Below, piece after piece: positions 28,203-41,360 of a stretch of 64,000 nucleotides of DNA (its first letter is position 1; each line of letters opens with the position of its first letter). The position numbers were made by a program, and so were the translations under genes. Source of the DNA: an uncultured Solirubrobacterales bacterium (lineage in GTDB: Bacteria; Actinomycetota; Thermoleophilia; Solirubrobacterales; JBBDJG01); contig CAWACB010000001.1 in the NCBI GenBank assembly GCA_963780475.1, positions 5,897 through 69,896 on the forward strand. Direction: 5' to 3'. The notes under the pieces are model-generated. The model searched no databases. It had not been told where the DNA came from and saw nothing but the letters and a program-made list of their open reading frames with translations.

Positions 28203-29195
28203 TTGGCGACCACCGAACAGGTGACGATCGACGTCCATCTGAGCGACGGGGCGCTCGCGAGCCTGCCGGACGACGTGCGGCGCGGGCTCGGCTCGACTCC
28301 CAAGACGCTCCCGCCCAAGTACTTCTACGACGCCCGCGGCTCGGAGCTGTTCGAGCAGATCACCGAGCTGCCCGAGTACTACCCGACACGCGCCGAGCAG
28401 TCCGTGCTCGACGAGGTCGCGGCCGAGATCGTGGCGGACGTCGATCCGCAGGAGCTGGTCGAGCTGGGTCCCGGCTCGGCGCGCAAGACGCACGCGCTGC
28501 TCGACCCGATGATGGCGGCGGGCGGATTCCGCTACGTCCCGGTCGACGTCTCCGAGTCGGCGGTGATGGAGTCCGCGGCGCGGCTGGCCGAGACGTACGA
28601 CGGCCTCGAGATCCACGGCGTTGTGGGCGACTTCGAGCGTCATCTGGACCGCATCCCGCGCACCGGTCACCGCCGTCTGATCGCCTTCCTCGGCGGGACG
28701 ATCGGCAACCTCGACCGGGAGCAGCGGCAGCGGATGCTGCGCACCCTCGCGGCCAGCCTCGGCCCGGAGGACCGGCTGCTGATCGGCACCGACCTGGTCA
28801 AGGACCGGGAGCAGCTCGAGGCCGCCTACAACGACTCGGCGGGCGTGACCGCGGAGTTCAACCGCAACGTGCTGCACGTCCTGAACGCCAACCTCGGCGC
28901 CGACCTGAGCCCCGACCGGTTCGAGCACGTCGCGTTCTATGACGAGAACGGGCGCTGGATCGAGATGCGGCTGCGCTCATTGGAGGATCACAGCGTTCGC
29001 ATCGAGGCGCTCGACATGAACGTGCGGTTCGAGCGCGGCGAGGAGATCCGCACCGAGATCTCGTGCAAGTTCACCCGCCACACGCTTGCGCGCGAATACT
29101 CCGACGCCGGCCTGCGGATGGTGAGCTGGCACACCGACGCGGACGGCCTGTTCGCGCTCTCCGTCGCCGCGCTTGACGGCGCCGGCGCGGAGTGA
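28203..29195 (+). CDS. egtD: L-histidine N-alpha-methyltransferase EgtD
   Basis: KTLPPKYFYDARGSELFEQITELPEYYPTRAE, FLGGTIGN, AYNDSAGVTAEFN and TEISCKF; TTG at 28203. Confidence 0.95.
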   Translation: MATTEQVTIDVHLSDGALASLPDDVRRGLGSTPKTLPPKYFYDARGSELFEQITELPEYYPTRAEQSVLDEVAAEIVADVDPQELVELGPGSARKTHALLDPMMAAGGFRYVPVDVSESAVMESAARLAETYDGLEIHGVVGDFERHLDRIPRTGHRRLIAFLGGTIGNLDREQRQRMLRTLAASLGPEDRLLIGTDLVKDREQLEAAYNDSAGVTAEFNRNVLHVLNANLGADLSPDRFEHVAFYDENGRWIEMRLRSLEDHSVRIEALDMNVRFERGEEIRTEISCKFTRHTLAREYSDAGLRMVSWHTDADGLFALSVAALDGAGAE

Positions 29196-29942
29196 ACGCC
29201 GACCGGGCGATCCTCCAGCTGCTCCCCGAGCACCGCGAGGTGCCGCTGGCGGGCGCTTACGCCGCGCTGGACCTGCAGAGCAAGGCGCTCCCTGGACGAC
29301 CGTACGTCGTCGCCAACATGGTCACGACCCCGGACGGCCGGGCAGCGCTGGAAGGCCGCACGAAGGCGCTCTCGAGCGATGCCGACCGCGAGCTCTTCCA
29401 CCGCCTGCGCGAACAGGTGGACGCGGTGATGGTCGGCGTCGCGACGATCGCGATCGAGAACTACGGGCCGCTCGTCCGGGACCCCGAGCGGCGCGAGCGG
29501 CGGCGCGCCGCCGGACTGGCGCCGGTGCCGCTTGCGGTCACCGCCAGCCGCTCGCTCGAACTGCCGGTTCAGGCGCCCCTGTTCGCAGACCCCGAGAGCC
29601 GGGTGGTGGTGCTGACGAACTCGGACCGCGAGGCGCCGGCCGCGCCGGCCGTGGTGCTGGAGCGACAGACGGGCGAGACGCTCGACCTGTCGCTCGGCCT
29701 GGCGGCACTGCGTGAGCGTTACGGCGTCCGGGCCCTGCTGATGGAGGGCGGGCCGACGCTGCTGGCGGCGATGATCGAGGCCCGGCTGGTGGACGAGCTG
29801 TTCCTGTCGCTGGCGCCGGTGCTCGCGGGAGCCACGAGCGGGCCGTCGATCCTCGAAGGGCCGGTCGGCGAGCCGGTCGAGATGCGCCTCCTGTCGGTGC
29901 TGCACGACGATGGGCACCTCTTCCTGCGCGTACTCGGCCTGA
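29192..29942 (+). CDS. RibD C-terminal/pyrimidine reductase-like protein (probable indel near 29930)
   Basis: RPYVVANMV..DGRA, DAVMVG, MEGGPTL and LVDELFLSLAP; a typical LFLRY end and TGA at 29940-29942 are restored by removing one base. Confidence 0.85.
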
Positions 29943-29966
29943 CACGCGCAGGTAGGGTTCCGCGCC

Positions 29967-30731
29967 GTGCAGATCGAGGGACACGCAGCGATCGTCTTCG
30001 GCGGAGCTTCGGGGCTTGGCGAGGCGACGTCACGCGCGCTGGTCGAGCGGGGCGCGAACGTCACGATCGCGGACCTGAACGACGAGAAAGGCGCCGCGCT
30101 CGCCGGCGACCTGGGCCCGAACGCAACGTTCGTGCGCTGCGACGTCACCGACGAGGCGCAGGTAGGAGCGGCCGTGGAGATCGCGCGCGCCTCGGGCGAG
30201 CTGCGGATCGGCGTCTGCTGCGCCGGCATCGGGTGGGCGGAGCGCACCGTCTCCAAGCGCGGGCCACACCAGCTGATGCCGTTCGAGACCGTCATCCGCG
30301 TGAACCTGATCGGCACCTTCAACGCGCTGCGCTTCGCGGCCGCCGCGATCAACGACAACGAGCCACTCGAAGCGGGCGAGCGCGGCGTGTGCATCAACAC
30401 CGCATCGATCGCCGCGTTCGACGGCCAGATCGGCCAGATCGCCTACTCGGCGTCCAAGGGCGGCATCGTCGGAATGACTCTCGCCGCCGCGCGCGACCTG
30501 TCCGGGCGCGGGATCCGTGTCGTGACGATCGCTCCCGGCACGTTCGACACTCCGCTCCTGGCCGCGCTGCCGCAGGAGTCGCGCGACGAGCTCGGCCGGC
30601 AGGTGCCGTTCCCGCAACGCCTCGGCCGCCCGGACGAGTTCGCCGCCCTGGCGGTCCACATCGTCGAGAACCAGATGCTGAACGGCGAGACGATCAGGCT
30701 CGACGGCGCGTTACGCATGCCGCCACGCTGA
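29967..30731 (+). CDS. SDR 3-hydroxyacyl-CoA dehydrogenase (HSD10-like)
   Basis: [30 protein letters not shown] and [14 protein letters not shown]. Confidence 0.93.
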   Translation: MQIEGHAAIVFGGASGLGEATSRALVERGANVTIADLNDEKGAALAGDLGPNATFVRCDVTDEAQVGAAVEIARASGELRIGVCCAGIGWAERTVSKRGPHQLMPFETVIRVNLIGTFNALRFAAAAINDNEPLEAGERGVCINTASIAAFDGQIGQIAYSASKGGIVGMTLAAARDLSGRGIRVVTIAPGTFDTPLLAALPQESRDELGRQVPFPQRLGRPDEFAALAVHIVENQMLNGETIRLDGALRMPPR

Positions 30732-30928
30732 ATCGATTCCAGACTTGCTTCGCGATGCCCCTCTGCCGGTAGGTTCGTACTGGAGGGGATTCACTGCCGG
30801 AAAGGATTCGCGGCATGCAGGAGAAGCGCATCGAGGCCTGGACACTGGTTGTGTGCCTCGGCCTAGCTTTGATGGGCGCGTTGGGCGCAGCCGCCCACCG
30901 AGTGAAGCTGAGCTAACCGGACCCGGAG

Positions 30929-32221
30929 CTAGCGGTGCTTCACCCGCTCGCAGCTGCGGGTGTTGTCGCCCTTGTCGGTGAAGGCGGTGTCGTAGCCGGG
31001 GCCGCAGTCGATGTAGTCGTCCTTGCCGCCGCCGAACGCGTGGATGGTGTCGTTGCCCGAGCCGCCCAGGACGCGGTCGCTGCCGACGTCGGGACGCAGC
31101 TCGTCGTCGCCCGGGCCGCCGTCGACGAAGTCGTTGCCGTCGCCACCCGAGATCCGGTCGTTGCCCTCCTCGCCGAGGAGGTTGTCGCCGCCGGAGTTGC
31201 CGAAGATCGTGTCGTTGCCCCAGCCGGCGAACACCTTGTCGTTGCCGGTGCTGCCGGGAATGTGGTCGCCCCAGATGACGTCGTCGCCGGCGAACCCGCG
31301 GAACAGGTCGTCGCCCGCGCCGCCGAGCAGCGTGTCGTTCTTCTCTGAGCCGGTCAGCGTGTCGTTGCCGCCGCCCTCGATCCGCTGCACGCCGCGGTTG
31401 GGGTCTCCGTCCTCGGGACGCTCGCCCGGAGCGATGTGCTCGCAGTCGACGAACTTGGTGGCGCGCTGGTCGCGGCGGTCGACGTACACGGTGTCGTCGC
31501 CCGGTCCGCAGTCGACGACTCCCTCCGAGAGGACGCCGGTCGGCTCGACCGCGTTGACGGTGTCGTTGCCGGGGCCGGCCCAGATGTAGTCGCGCGCGGT
31601 GCCGCCGATGATGAAGTCGTCGCCGTTGCCGCCGTAGAGCTTGTCCTCGGCACTGCCGCCGTCGAGGCGGTCGTTGCCGTCGCCGCCGTAGAGGTTGTCG
31701 CCGGCGTTGTCGCCCCGCAGGATGTCGTCCCCGGCGTCGCCGTAGAGGTCGTCGCGCCCGAAGCCGGCGTCGGCCTCGTCGTTGCCGGGTCCGCCCGACA
31801 CCTTGTCGTCGCCGGACTCGCCGTGCATGACGTCGTCGCCGTTGCCGCCGTAGAGCTTGTCGTGCGCGGTCGCGCCCCAGAGCTGGTCGTTGTCGTCGTT
31901 GCCGAACATCAGGTCGGCGGCCTCGTCGCCGTAGGCCTGGTCGTTGCCGGGACCGCCTGCCAGCGCGTCACGGCCGGTGCCGCCGCGGATCAGGTCGTTG
32001 CCCGGGCCGCCGAAGACGCGGTCCGCCGAGCGGCCGCCGTAGAGCTTGTTGTCCGCGGCGTTGCCCTTGATCTTGTCCTTGCCGTTGGTGCCGGTGAAGA
32101 CGGTGCGGAAGGACTTGGCGAACGACGCGGGCGCTGCGACCTGCAGCGCGAGCAGGGTCGCGGCAAGCAGGACCAGAGAGCAGCATGAGACAGCGGCGCG
32201 AGCAGACGTACTCCGTGACAC
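30929..32221 (-). CDS. Secreted calcium-binding protein with hemolysin-type (RTX) nonapeptide repeats
   Basis: Signal peptide ending ASFA, many GGxGND repeats and two DCGPG.D caps. Confidence 0.88.
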   Translation of the reverse strand: MSRSTSARAAVSCCSLVLLAATLLALQVAAPASFAKSFRTVFTGTNGKDKIKGNAADNKLYGGRSADRVFGGPGNDLIRGGTGRDALAGGPGNDQAYGDEAADLMFGNDDNDQLWGATAHDKLYGGNGDDVMHGESGDDKVSGGPGNDEADAGFGRDDLYGDAGDDILRGDNAGDNLYGGDGNDRLDGGSAEDKLYGGNGDDFIIGGTARDYIWAGPGNDTVNAVEPTGVLSEGVVDCGPGDDTVYVDRRDQRATKFVDCEHIAPGERPEDGDPNRGVQRIEGGGNDTLTGSEKNDTLLGGAGDDLFRGFAGDDVIWGDHIPGSTGNDKVFAGWGNDTIFGNSGGDNLLGEEGNDRISGGDGNDFVDGGPGDDELRPDVGSDRVLGGSGNDTIHAFGGGKDDYIDCGPGYDTAFTDKGDNTRSCERVKHR

Positions 32222-32316
32222 GCCTCTTTCATCGGCAGACCCGAGCGCATCCCCAAGGACGCGTAGACGACTTCCCTAGACGCCGGCGAGGCCGGCGGCG
32301 TATGCGTCCAGGCGGG

Positions 32317-33891
<1,575 letters not shown>

Positions 33892-34311
33892 CGCGGCCGC
33901 GGGCGCGCCCGCGGAAAACCAGCAGGAAGGCATACGAAGCGCGCAGAAGGTGCGTCGGAGGGGCAATCCGGCGAATCGCAACGAGAGACACGCAGGGTCC
34001 GCACCACTTCCACTCCCCTTCCTACGAGCTCGTCCTGCCGCCCGCTCGCGCCCCGGTCAGGTCGCCAGGACTCGGCCGAGGAGGGTTCGTGCGACAACCT
34101 CATAGTGCCGGTAAACGTCGCGCTCGGCGATCCGGCTCTCGCGGCGCCCGCGCAACAGATAGTGGCGCCCGCGCAACGAAACGCATGGGACACGCGCCGC
34201 GGGCGCGCGAAACGCCACCGCCTCCCTACTAGCCTGGATCTCCTGAGGAGGCTGCTCGGCCTGACCGGCGAAGGAACTGACCACACCATGGACCGGGCGA
34301 CTGATTAGCCT

Positions 34312-35700
34312 TTGAGCGTGGATTTCCTCAGGAGGTGGGCCTCGTCCCTGCCCGGACGGCACGGAGGTCCGATCGTCATTGCGCTGGTCGCGCTGGTCGT
34401 GGCGCTCGGATTCGGGCTGCGGCTGGACGCTGCGCTGAACCCGGGCGACGCCAAGCACTCCTCGATCGTGGCCTACCAGGGCAACGACTCGCTCTCCTAT
34501 TCGCGCATCGCCGCTGAGCTCTACCGGTCGGGCAAGTACGGGACGCCGGAGATGCGCCACCCGACCGACTGGTCGCCCGGTGCGCCGCTCTTCTACGCCG
34601 CCGTCTACAAGGTGACCGGGGGCGTAGACCCGGAGGTCGCCCGCGCAGCGGTCGCGATCCTGGGCGCGCTGATGGTCCTGATGGTCTATCTGATCGGACG
34701 CCGGCTGGCGGGTCCGGTGGCGGGGTTGATCGGCGCTGCCCTGGCCGCCGTCTATCCGGCGTTCATAGACAACAACGAGCAGTTCCTGAGCGAGCCGATC
34801 GCCGCGTTCACCCTCTCGGCAGCCGTGCTGGGGATGCTGTGGGCAGCCGACGACGGGCGCCGCTGGTGGGCCTGGGCCGTGCCCGGCCTGTTCCTGGGGG
34901 CGACCACGCTCACGCGACCGGAGTACCTCCTCTTCGGCGCGATCTTCGCGTTCGTCATCCTGGCCCGCGGCTGGCACCGCGCCGGGGTGCGGCTGGGCGT
35001 CCTGGCGGCGGTGGCGTTCGTCGCCGCCTACGCGCTCGTGCTGGCGCCCTGGACGGTGCGCAACGTGATCGTGCTCGACCGCTTCGTGCCGGTCACGACC
35101 GGCGGCGGCAAGGCGCTGTTCGTCGCAACGTACCTCCCCGGCGACGGACGCCAGCTGCGGGTGAAGCGCAAGCTGATCGAGCGCTTCGAGGGCAAGTCCG
35201 AGGTGACGGACAAGGAGGTCGCGAGCACGCAGATGAAGGACCTGCTCGACCGGGTGGCGCGCAAGTACCCCAACCTCGAGCGCGACGCCGCGCTGGCGAA
35301 GATCGGGCGCGAGAACTTCCGTAAGTACGCCAGCGAGCAGCCGGTCGCGTACGCGCGCATGGTGGCGACCAAGATGTGGAACGTCTGGCGCCGCGGCTCC
35401 GGGCCGACGATGCGCGCCGGCGGGTGGATCGCCTTCCACTACGCGCTGCTGGCGCTGGCGGTGACCGGCCTGGCCGTCCTCGCCTGGAGGCGCCGGTGGG
35501 AGGCGCTCGTGCTCGGCATCTTCATCCTCGGCATCACCGTGCTGGGCGGGCTGCTGCTCGCCGTGCCGCGGCGCAACGTGCCGCTGATGCCGCTCGTCCT
35601 GGCCCTGGCCGGCACCGGAGCGACCTGGCTGTTCATGACGGTCGGCGGCTGGCTGGCCGAGCGGCGCGGCGTGCGCGGGCGTGTCGGCGAAGCCGCCTGA
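34312..35700 (+). CDS. GT-C fold membrane glycosyltransferase (GT39/ArnT-like)
   Basis: Multi-TM protein; D..SY..IA first loop, PGAPLFYA, LSEP, LTRPE and PWTVRN motifs. Confidence 0.85.
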   Translation: MSVDFLRRWASSLPGRHGGPIVIALVALVVALGFGLRLDAALNPGDAKHSSIVAYQGNDSLSYSRIAAELYRSGKYGTPEMRHPTDWSPGAPLFYAAVYKVTGGVDPEVARAAVAILGALMVLMVYLIGRRLAGPVAGLIGAALAAVYPAFIDNNEQFLSEPIAAFTLSAAVLGMLWAADDGRRWWAWAVPGLFLGATTLTRPEYLLFGAIFAFVILARGWHRAGVRLGVLAAVAFVAAYALVLAPWTVRNVIVLDRFVPVTTGGGKALFVATYLPGDGRQLRVKRKLIERFEGKSEVTDKEVASTQMKDLLDRVARKYPNLERDAALAKIGRENFRKYASEQPVAYARMVATKMWNVWRRGSGPTMRAGGWIAFHYALLALAVTGLAVLAWRRRWEALVLGIFILGITVLGGLLLAVPRRNVPLMPLVLALAGTGATWLFMTVGGWLAERRGVRGRVGEAA

Positions 35701-36190
35701 CACCCGCCGCAGCAAGCCCGAGCCCAAGGACCTCGACGTCTTCTCCCGGCTGTTCGGCGACGCGCGCGTCGCGGAGACGCTGTGGCCGGGAGCGCGCGGC
35801 GGCCCGCGCACCGTCCAGCAGGCCCACGCGATGCTCGGGGCCGACATCACCCACTGGGAGGCGCACGGCTTCGGCCCGTGGGTCCACCGCCTCGCCGACG
35901 GAGCGCCCGCGGCGCGCGGCGGCCTGTGGCGGACGGTCGTCGACGGCACCGCCGAGGTCGAGGTGCAGTACGCCGTCGCGAGCGCGCTCTGGGGCCAGGG
36001 GCTCGGGACCGAGATCGCCCGTACCGCCGTGCAGGAGGCCTTCGATTCGCTCGGCCTCCAGAGCATCGTCAGCTTCACCCTGCCCCATAACGTCGCATCC
36101 CGCCGGGTGATGGAGAAGGCGGGGTTCGAGTACGAGCGCGACACCGAGCGCCTCGGACTGCCGCACGTGCTGTACCGGCACAGCTGCTAG
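35681..36190 (+). CDS. GNAT N-acetyltransferase (RimJ/RimL-like)
   Basis: HGFGPW, WGQGLGTE and NVASRRVMEKAGF. Confidence 0.88.
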   Translation: MSAKPPDTRRSKPEPKDLDVFSRLFGDARVAETLWPGARGGPRTVQQAHAMLGADITHWEAHGFGPWVHRLADGAPAARGGLWRTVVDGTAEVEVQYAVASALWGQGLGTEIARTAVQEAFDSLGLQSIVSFTLPHNVASRRVMEKAGFEYERDTERLGLPHVLYRHSC

Positions 36191-36226
36191 AAAGGCCCGC
36201 ACCGCCCGGTATTCTGCGCCCGCCTC

Positions 36227-37267
36227 ATGGATCTCTCCGCCATACGCGCGGCCGGCCTCCTGGCCGCGGCGCTGATCATCGGCTTCGCCGTCTGGCGGCG
36301 CCGCACGTTGCGCAACGTCGACGTGCTGCTGCTGCTCGGGCTCGGGATCGGCCTCGCGATCGTCTCGGCGACCGAGCTGACCGACTCGATCCTGTCGTTC
36401 TTCTCGTTCGAGGAGGGCGGCGGCGGGCGGATCCTGGGTCTGGCCGTGTTCGCGATCGTGATCCTCTTCACTCTGCTGCTGCGCAACATGGCGCTCACGA
36501 GCCGCGTCGACCGGGAGCTGTCCCGGGTGCTCGAGGGGATGGCGTGGGAGGAGTTCCGCACCTCCGGCCTCCCGGACCGGTTCCGCGACCGGATCGCCGT
36601 CGTGATCCCCGCCTACAACGAGGAGGACAACATCGGCTCGGTGCTGCCGCGGATCCCCGCCAGCGTGTGCGGCATCGACACCGCGATCCTGGTCGTCGAC
36701 GACGGATCGCGCGACGGCACGGGCGACATCGCGCGTGATGCCGGCGTGGCCGTCGCGCGGCACGTGATCAACCGCGGCGGCGGCGCGGCGCTGCGCACCG
36801 GCTACCGGCTGATGTCCGACTCGGGCGCGCGGATCGTGGTGACCCTGGACGCGGACGGCCAGCACCTGCCCGAGGAGATGTCGCGCCTGGTCGGGCCGGT
36901 GATCGACGGCGAGGTGGCCATGGCGCACGGCTCGCGGGTGCTCGGCCACGCCGAGCCGAACAGCTACGCGCGCGAGATGGGCATCGTGTTCTTCAACCGG
37001 GTGGTGTCGTTCATCACCCGCACCAAGGTGACCGACTGCTCCAACGGCTACCGCGCCGTGCGCACCGACGTGCTGCCGCAGCTGGTGCTGCGCCAGGAGC
37101 AGTTCCACACCTCGGAGTTCATGATCGAGGCGATCAAGCGCGGAGTGCCGGCCAAGGAGGTGCCGGTCACCGTCGAGCGGCGGCTGCACGGCCACTCGAA
37201 GAAGCCGGCGGTCGTGCGCTACGGGCTGGGGTTCGCGAACGCGATCGTCCGGACCTGGCTGCGGTAG
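36227..37267 (+). CDS. GT2 polyprenol-phosphate glycosyltransferase with an N-terminal DUF2304-like membrane domain
   Basis: Three TM helices, then VIPAYNEE, VDDGSRDGT, NRGGGAALRTG, TLDADGQH and TDCSNGYRA. Confidence 0.88.
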   Translation: MDLSAIRAAGLLAAALIIGFAVWRRRTLRNVDVLLLLGLGIGLAIVSATELTDSILSFFSFEEGGGGRILGLAVFAIVILFTLLLRNMALTSRVDRELSRVLEGMAWEEFRTSGLPDRFRDRIAVVIPAYNEEDNIGSVLPRIPASVCGIDTAILVVDDGSRDGTGDIARDAGVAVARHVINRGGGAALRTGYRLMSDSGARIVVTLDADGQHLPEEMSRLVGPVIDGEVAMAHGSRVLGHAEPNSYAREMGIVFFNRVVSFITRTKVTDCSNGYRAVRTDVLPQLVLRQEQFHTSEFMIEAIKRGVPAKEVPVTVERRLHGHSKKPAVVRYGLGFANAIVRTWLR

Positions 37268-38392
37268 CTGCGCCGCTGGTCCGCGGCAGCCGCCCGGCCC
37301 ACCGCATCGCGGGGCGCTCCACCACGTACCAGCTGGCGGCGCCCAGCGCGATTGCCACCGGCAGCACGACCAGCCCGCTGAGGACACCGCCCGGGAGCAG
37401 CCCGTTCCCGCGGGCGAACACCAGCAGCGGGATGTGCCACAGGTAGAGCCCGTACGTGATCGTGCCGAGCCACGCGATCGGGCGGGCGGCGATCCACGCA
37501 GACCGGCTCCGGAGCCCATCACCGCGGCCGCGATCAGCAGCGAGAAGCCGATCGCCGCGCCGAGGTCGGCGAACAGCTCCATCGCGAGCCCGTCGGGCGT
37601 CCGGTCGAGTCCGTGCCAGAGTCCGTTCGCGACGACGGCCGCCGCACCGAGCGCCACGAGCGCGGCCCCGGCTCGCTTGCCGAGGCCAGGAGCGCCCTGA
37701 CCACGCCGCACCTCGACCGCCAGGGCGACCAGCATCCCGCAGGCGAAGTAGGCGAGGAACGCGGGTGGCGCGTGACCGGCGACCGGTCCCCAGCCGAGAG
37801 CGAAGTCGAGCAGGTTCCAGCCAAGGCCGAGCAGCACCAGGCCGCCCAAGAACGCGATTTGGCGACCGACGCTTCCCCGCGCCAGACGGAGCGCCAGCAG
37901 GCCGATCACCGGCAGCATCAGGTAGAAGCCCACCTCGACCGCGAGGGTCCAGGTGGCGGCGTTCAGCTTCAGCAGCGTGTCGGCCTGGTAGTTCTGGCCG
38001 AAGACGAAGAAGAGCGGCACATCGGCGCCGTCGACCGGCCGCCGGCCGGACACATCTCCGGCGGCCGCCAGCAGTGCCAGCGTTCCGACCAGCGCGACGT
38101 AGTAGCCGGGCAGGATCCGCGCCGCGCGGCGAATCAGGTAGCTGCCGGCGGCGACCGGCCCGCTGTTGCCGAGCGCCGCGCGCGCGAACGCGCGGTAGAG
38201 CAGGTAGCCCGACAGCACGAAGAACATCACGAACGCCACGCGCAGCTCGAACAGCAGCACCTTCTCCCACGAGTCGCGCCGCAGCTCCACCGTGTTCGGC
38301 AGCTGGTAGATCCAGACGTGCACGGCGAACACGGCCAGCGCGGACAGGCCGCGCATGCCGTCCAGGATCGAGTCGCGGCTCTGGCTGCTCAT
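37167..38392 (-). CDS. Acyltransferase-3 (OafA-like) O-acyltransferase (frameshift near 37500)
   Basis: LDGMRGLS, FFVLSGYL, RRAARILP and WTLAVEVGFY; WLGTITYGLYLWH and VERP are in the shifted frame. Confidence 0.88.
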
Positions 38393-38452
38393 AGGAAGGC
38401 CCCGGGGGAGGACGTGCCGAGGCTAGCATCCGAGGGCCGGTCGGCCCTGCGG

Positions 38453-41360
38453 TCACGGACAGCTGGTAATCGAGTCTCCCTGGTCGAACTGGCAGATATC
38501 GCTGCCGTTGCCGCCCTCGGCGCTGTCGTTGCCGGCGACGCCGTCGCGGGTGTCGATCGTGTCTATGCCGTTCGCGCCGAAGTGGGCGTCCGAGCCGACT
38601 CCGCCGAACAGCAGCGCGTCGCCGCCCTCGCCGCCAAGGATGGTGTCGTTGCCTCCCTGGCCGCGCAACGTGTCGTAGCCGCCCTGGCCAAGCAAGAGGT
38701 CAGAGCCATCGCCGCCCACCAGAGTGTCCTTGCCGTCGCCGCCGCGCAGGACGTCCCGGCCCCCAAGCCCGTAGACGGTGTCGTCGCCGGCGAGGGCGCA
38801 GATCACGTCGTCGCCTTCGGTGCCGGTCAGTGTGTCTCGGGCAGGCGTACCGGTGATCGTGCAGGGCGCAGTCGGTGACAGGTCGTCGTTCTGGATCGTG
38901 CCCTTGCCCTGGCCGTCGGCGATCGCCGCGTTCACCGCGCCCGAGAGGTTCACGAAGAGGTCCTCGTCTGGCTCGACCACGATGTCGCCCCTGACCAGGA
39001 CGGTGACCGTCTTGCTGGTCTCGCCGGGCGCGAAGGTAACGGTGCCCGAAGTGGTCGTGTAATCGGAGCCGGCCGCGGTGGCGGAGCCATCGGCGGTGGC
39101 GTAGTCAACGGTCACTGTCTGGGAGCTCGGGCTCGACAGCGCGACCTCGAAGGCGAAGGTCGTCGTGCCGGCGTTGCCCTCTTCGCGTGCGACGTCCCCG
39201 ACCGAGACTCGCGGCGCGAAGGAGAGCTTCGTCACGAACGCATCCTGATTGTCGTTGTAGCTCGTGTCGAAGGCGGTGCTGGTGACAGGGAAGCTGCCGG
39301 ACTGGGCTGCGCCGGTCACGAAGGCGCTGCCGGCGGGGTCAAGGGCGATCCCGAGGCCCCAGTCGCCCCCACTACCGCCGAGGAAGGTCGAATAGGTGAG
39401 AGTCTCGAGGGACGGTGCGAATTGCGCCACGAAGGCATCGCCCGAGAAGCCGCCGTTGAAGGTCGTGTCGAAGGCGCCCTCCGTGGTAGGGAAGTTCCCC
39501 GAGATCGTCCTGCCGGTCAGGTGGACGCGGCCCGAATCATCGAGCGGCGATCCCGTAGCTGATGTCTTCGCCGCTGCCCCCCAGGTACGTCGAATAAGTG
39601 AGCCCCGCACCGGATGCCGACAGCTTTGCGACGAACCCATCGAAGCTGCCGTTCGAGCTCCGGTCGAAAGCACCTGGGCTGGTGGGGAAGTCCGCGGACA
39701 AGGTGTCACCGGTCACGTAGGCGCTGCCCGAACCGTCGACGGCGATGCCCAAGCCGAAGTCGCCGCTGCTCCCGCCCAGATAGGTCGAGTAGGCGAGCGC
39801 CGTACCGTCCGGGGCGACCTTCGTCACGAAGGCGTCGTAATTGTTGCTGGTCGTGTCGAAAGCGCCGGGTGTGGTCGGGAAGTCCGCGGAGTCGCCCTGG
39901 CCTGTGACATGGGCATTGCCGCCATCGTCGACGGCGATACCGAGCCCGAGTTCGTTGCCCGTTCCGCCCAGATAGGTCGAGTAGTCGAGCACGCCGCCGG
40001 ACGGGCTGAGCTTCGCCACGAACGCGTCCGTGGTGCCGCTGTTGAAGGTAGTGTCGAAGGCACCCTGGGTGGTGGGGAAATTCGCAGACAGTGTGTAGCC
40101 CGTGACGTAAACGCTGCCACCCTCGTCGATGGCGATCCCGCCGTAGTCGCTCTCGTTGCTGGATCCGCCGAGGTAGGTGGCGTACTCGAGCGCGCCGCCG
40201 GACGGGCTGAGCTTCGCGACGAACGCGTCGGAGTCGCCCCCGTTGAAGGTCGTGTCGAAGGCGCCTTGCGTGACTGGAAAGCCGCCGGTTTTGCCCATGA
40301 CGTACGCGTTCCCTGTTGCGTCAACGGCAATGGCATTGCCCTGGTCGCCATTGAATCCGCCCAGGTACGTCGCGTACGCAAGTGCTGAGCCGTCCGGGGT
40401 CAGCTTCGCCACGAACGCGTCGGAGAATCCGTCTCTGTCATCGTCGTAGGCGCCCGGTGTCGTTGGCATGCCGAGAGAGGATGTGTAGCCGGTCACATAG
40501 GCGCTGCCGGCGGCGTCGACCGCAATCGCGTGACCGCTGTCGGTGCTGGAGCCGCCCAGGTAGGTCGAATAGTCGAGGGCCGGGTCGATCACAAGCGGGC
40601 GGGCGGAGTCGTAGGCGCCGAGCCGGAAGCCGAAGGAGTTGCCCTCGCGCAGCGCGTAGCCGCTCCGGACCGGCCGACGGTCGCCGCGGATGCGCTGGTA
40701 GGTGCGCGGGCGGCTGTCGGTGAGCGCTCCGAGCTCGGTGTCGAGCACCAGGTGGCCGCCGCTTGCCAGTGAGACGCCCTCGGCGCCGCGGTAGGCGAGC
40801 CGGATGTCGCCGGGGTCCGCGCCGGGAGCAAGGCGGAACTCGTAGTTGAGCTTGCCCTTGGCGCCGAAGAACACCATGTCGATGCCGGGCCACAGGTCGC
40901 GGTAGGTGATCCGGGCATGGCTCGACAGGCCTGCCTGGCGTGGTCCGGCGCCGAGCTCGTTCACGGTGGCGCCGGTCGGGCGGCCTGACGTGATCTGGGG
41001 ATCGCGGTTGGCGCCGACGAATGCGAGGTCGAGCACCTGCGTGCGCTCGCCCTTGGCGAGCGCCAGCACGACCTTAGACTCAGTGAAGTAGAAGCCGTAT
41101 CCCGAGCCCCTGGCGTAGTAGTTGGCGCGGGCGTCGACCTGGCCCCGGTTGGGGACGAACGCAACCGGCAGCTTCGAGAAGCCGCGCTCGATGGACCGCT
41201 GCTCAGCGGCGGTGACGTCGCCGGGTGCGGGCGCGAGCACGCCCTCGCGCTGTGACGCAAGCGTGAATGCCAGCACGAGCAGGGCGCTGACGCCGACGAG
41301 AGCGCAGGCAAATGCGAGAGTGCGCTGTGGTCGCGGCCCCGCGGCAATCCAGGTCCCCAT
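38453..41360 (-). CDS. Secreted SBBP beta-propeller repeat protein with Calx-beta and RTX Ca-binding domains (frameshift near 39545)
   Basis: FVPNRGQ and PLVIDP N-terminal domain, repeated YSTYLGGS..D....IAVD..G.AYVTG units, then TVDYATADGSATA...DY...SGTVTFAPGET and GGxGND repeats. Confidence 0.88.

Noticed and set aside
29192-30772. Apparent 526-aa RibD-like fusion ORF
   Set aside because: The C-terminal half is an off-frame read of the SDR gene, caused by one extra base near 29930.
30929-32221. RTX toxin or type I secretion substrate
   Set aside because: It has a Sec-type signal peptide, no toxin domain and no adjacent T1SS genes. Such Ca-binding repeat proteins recur at 38453 and 48994 and look ordinary for this genome.
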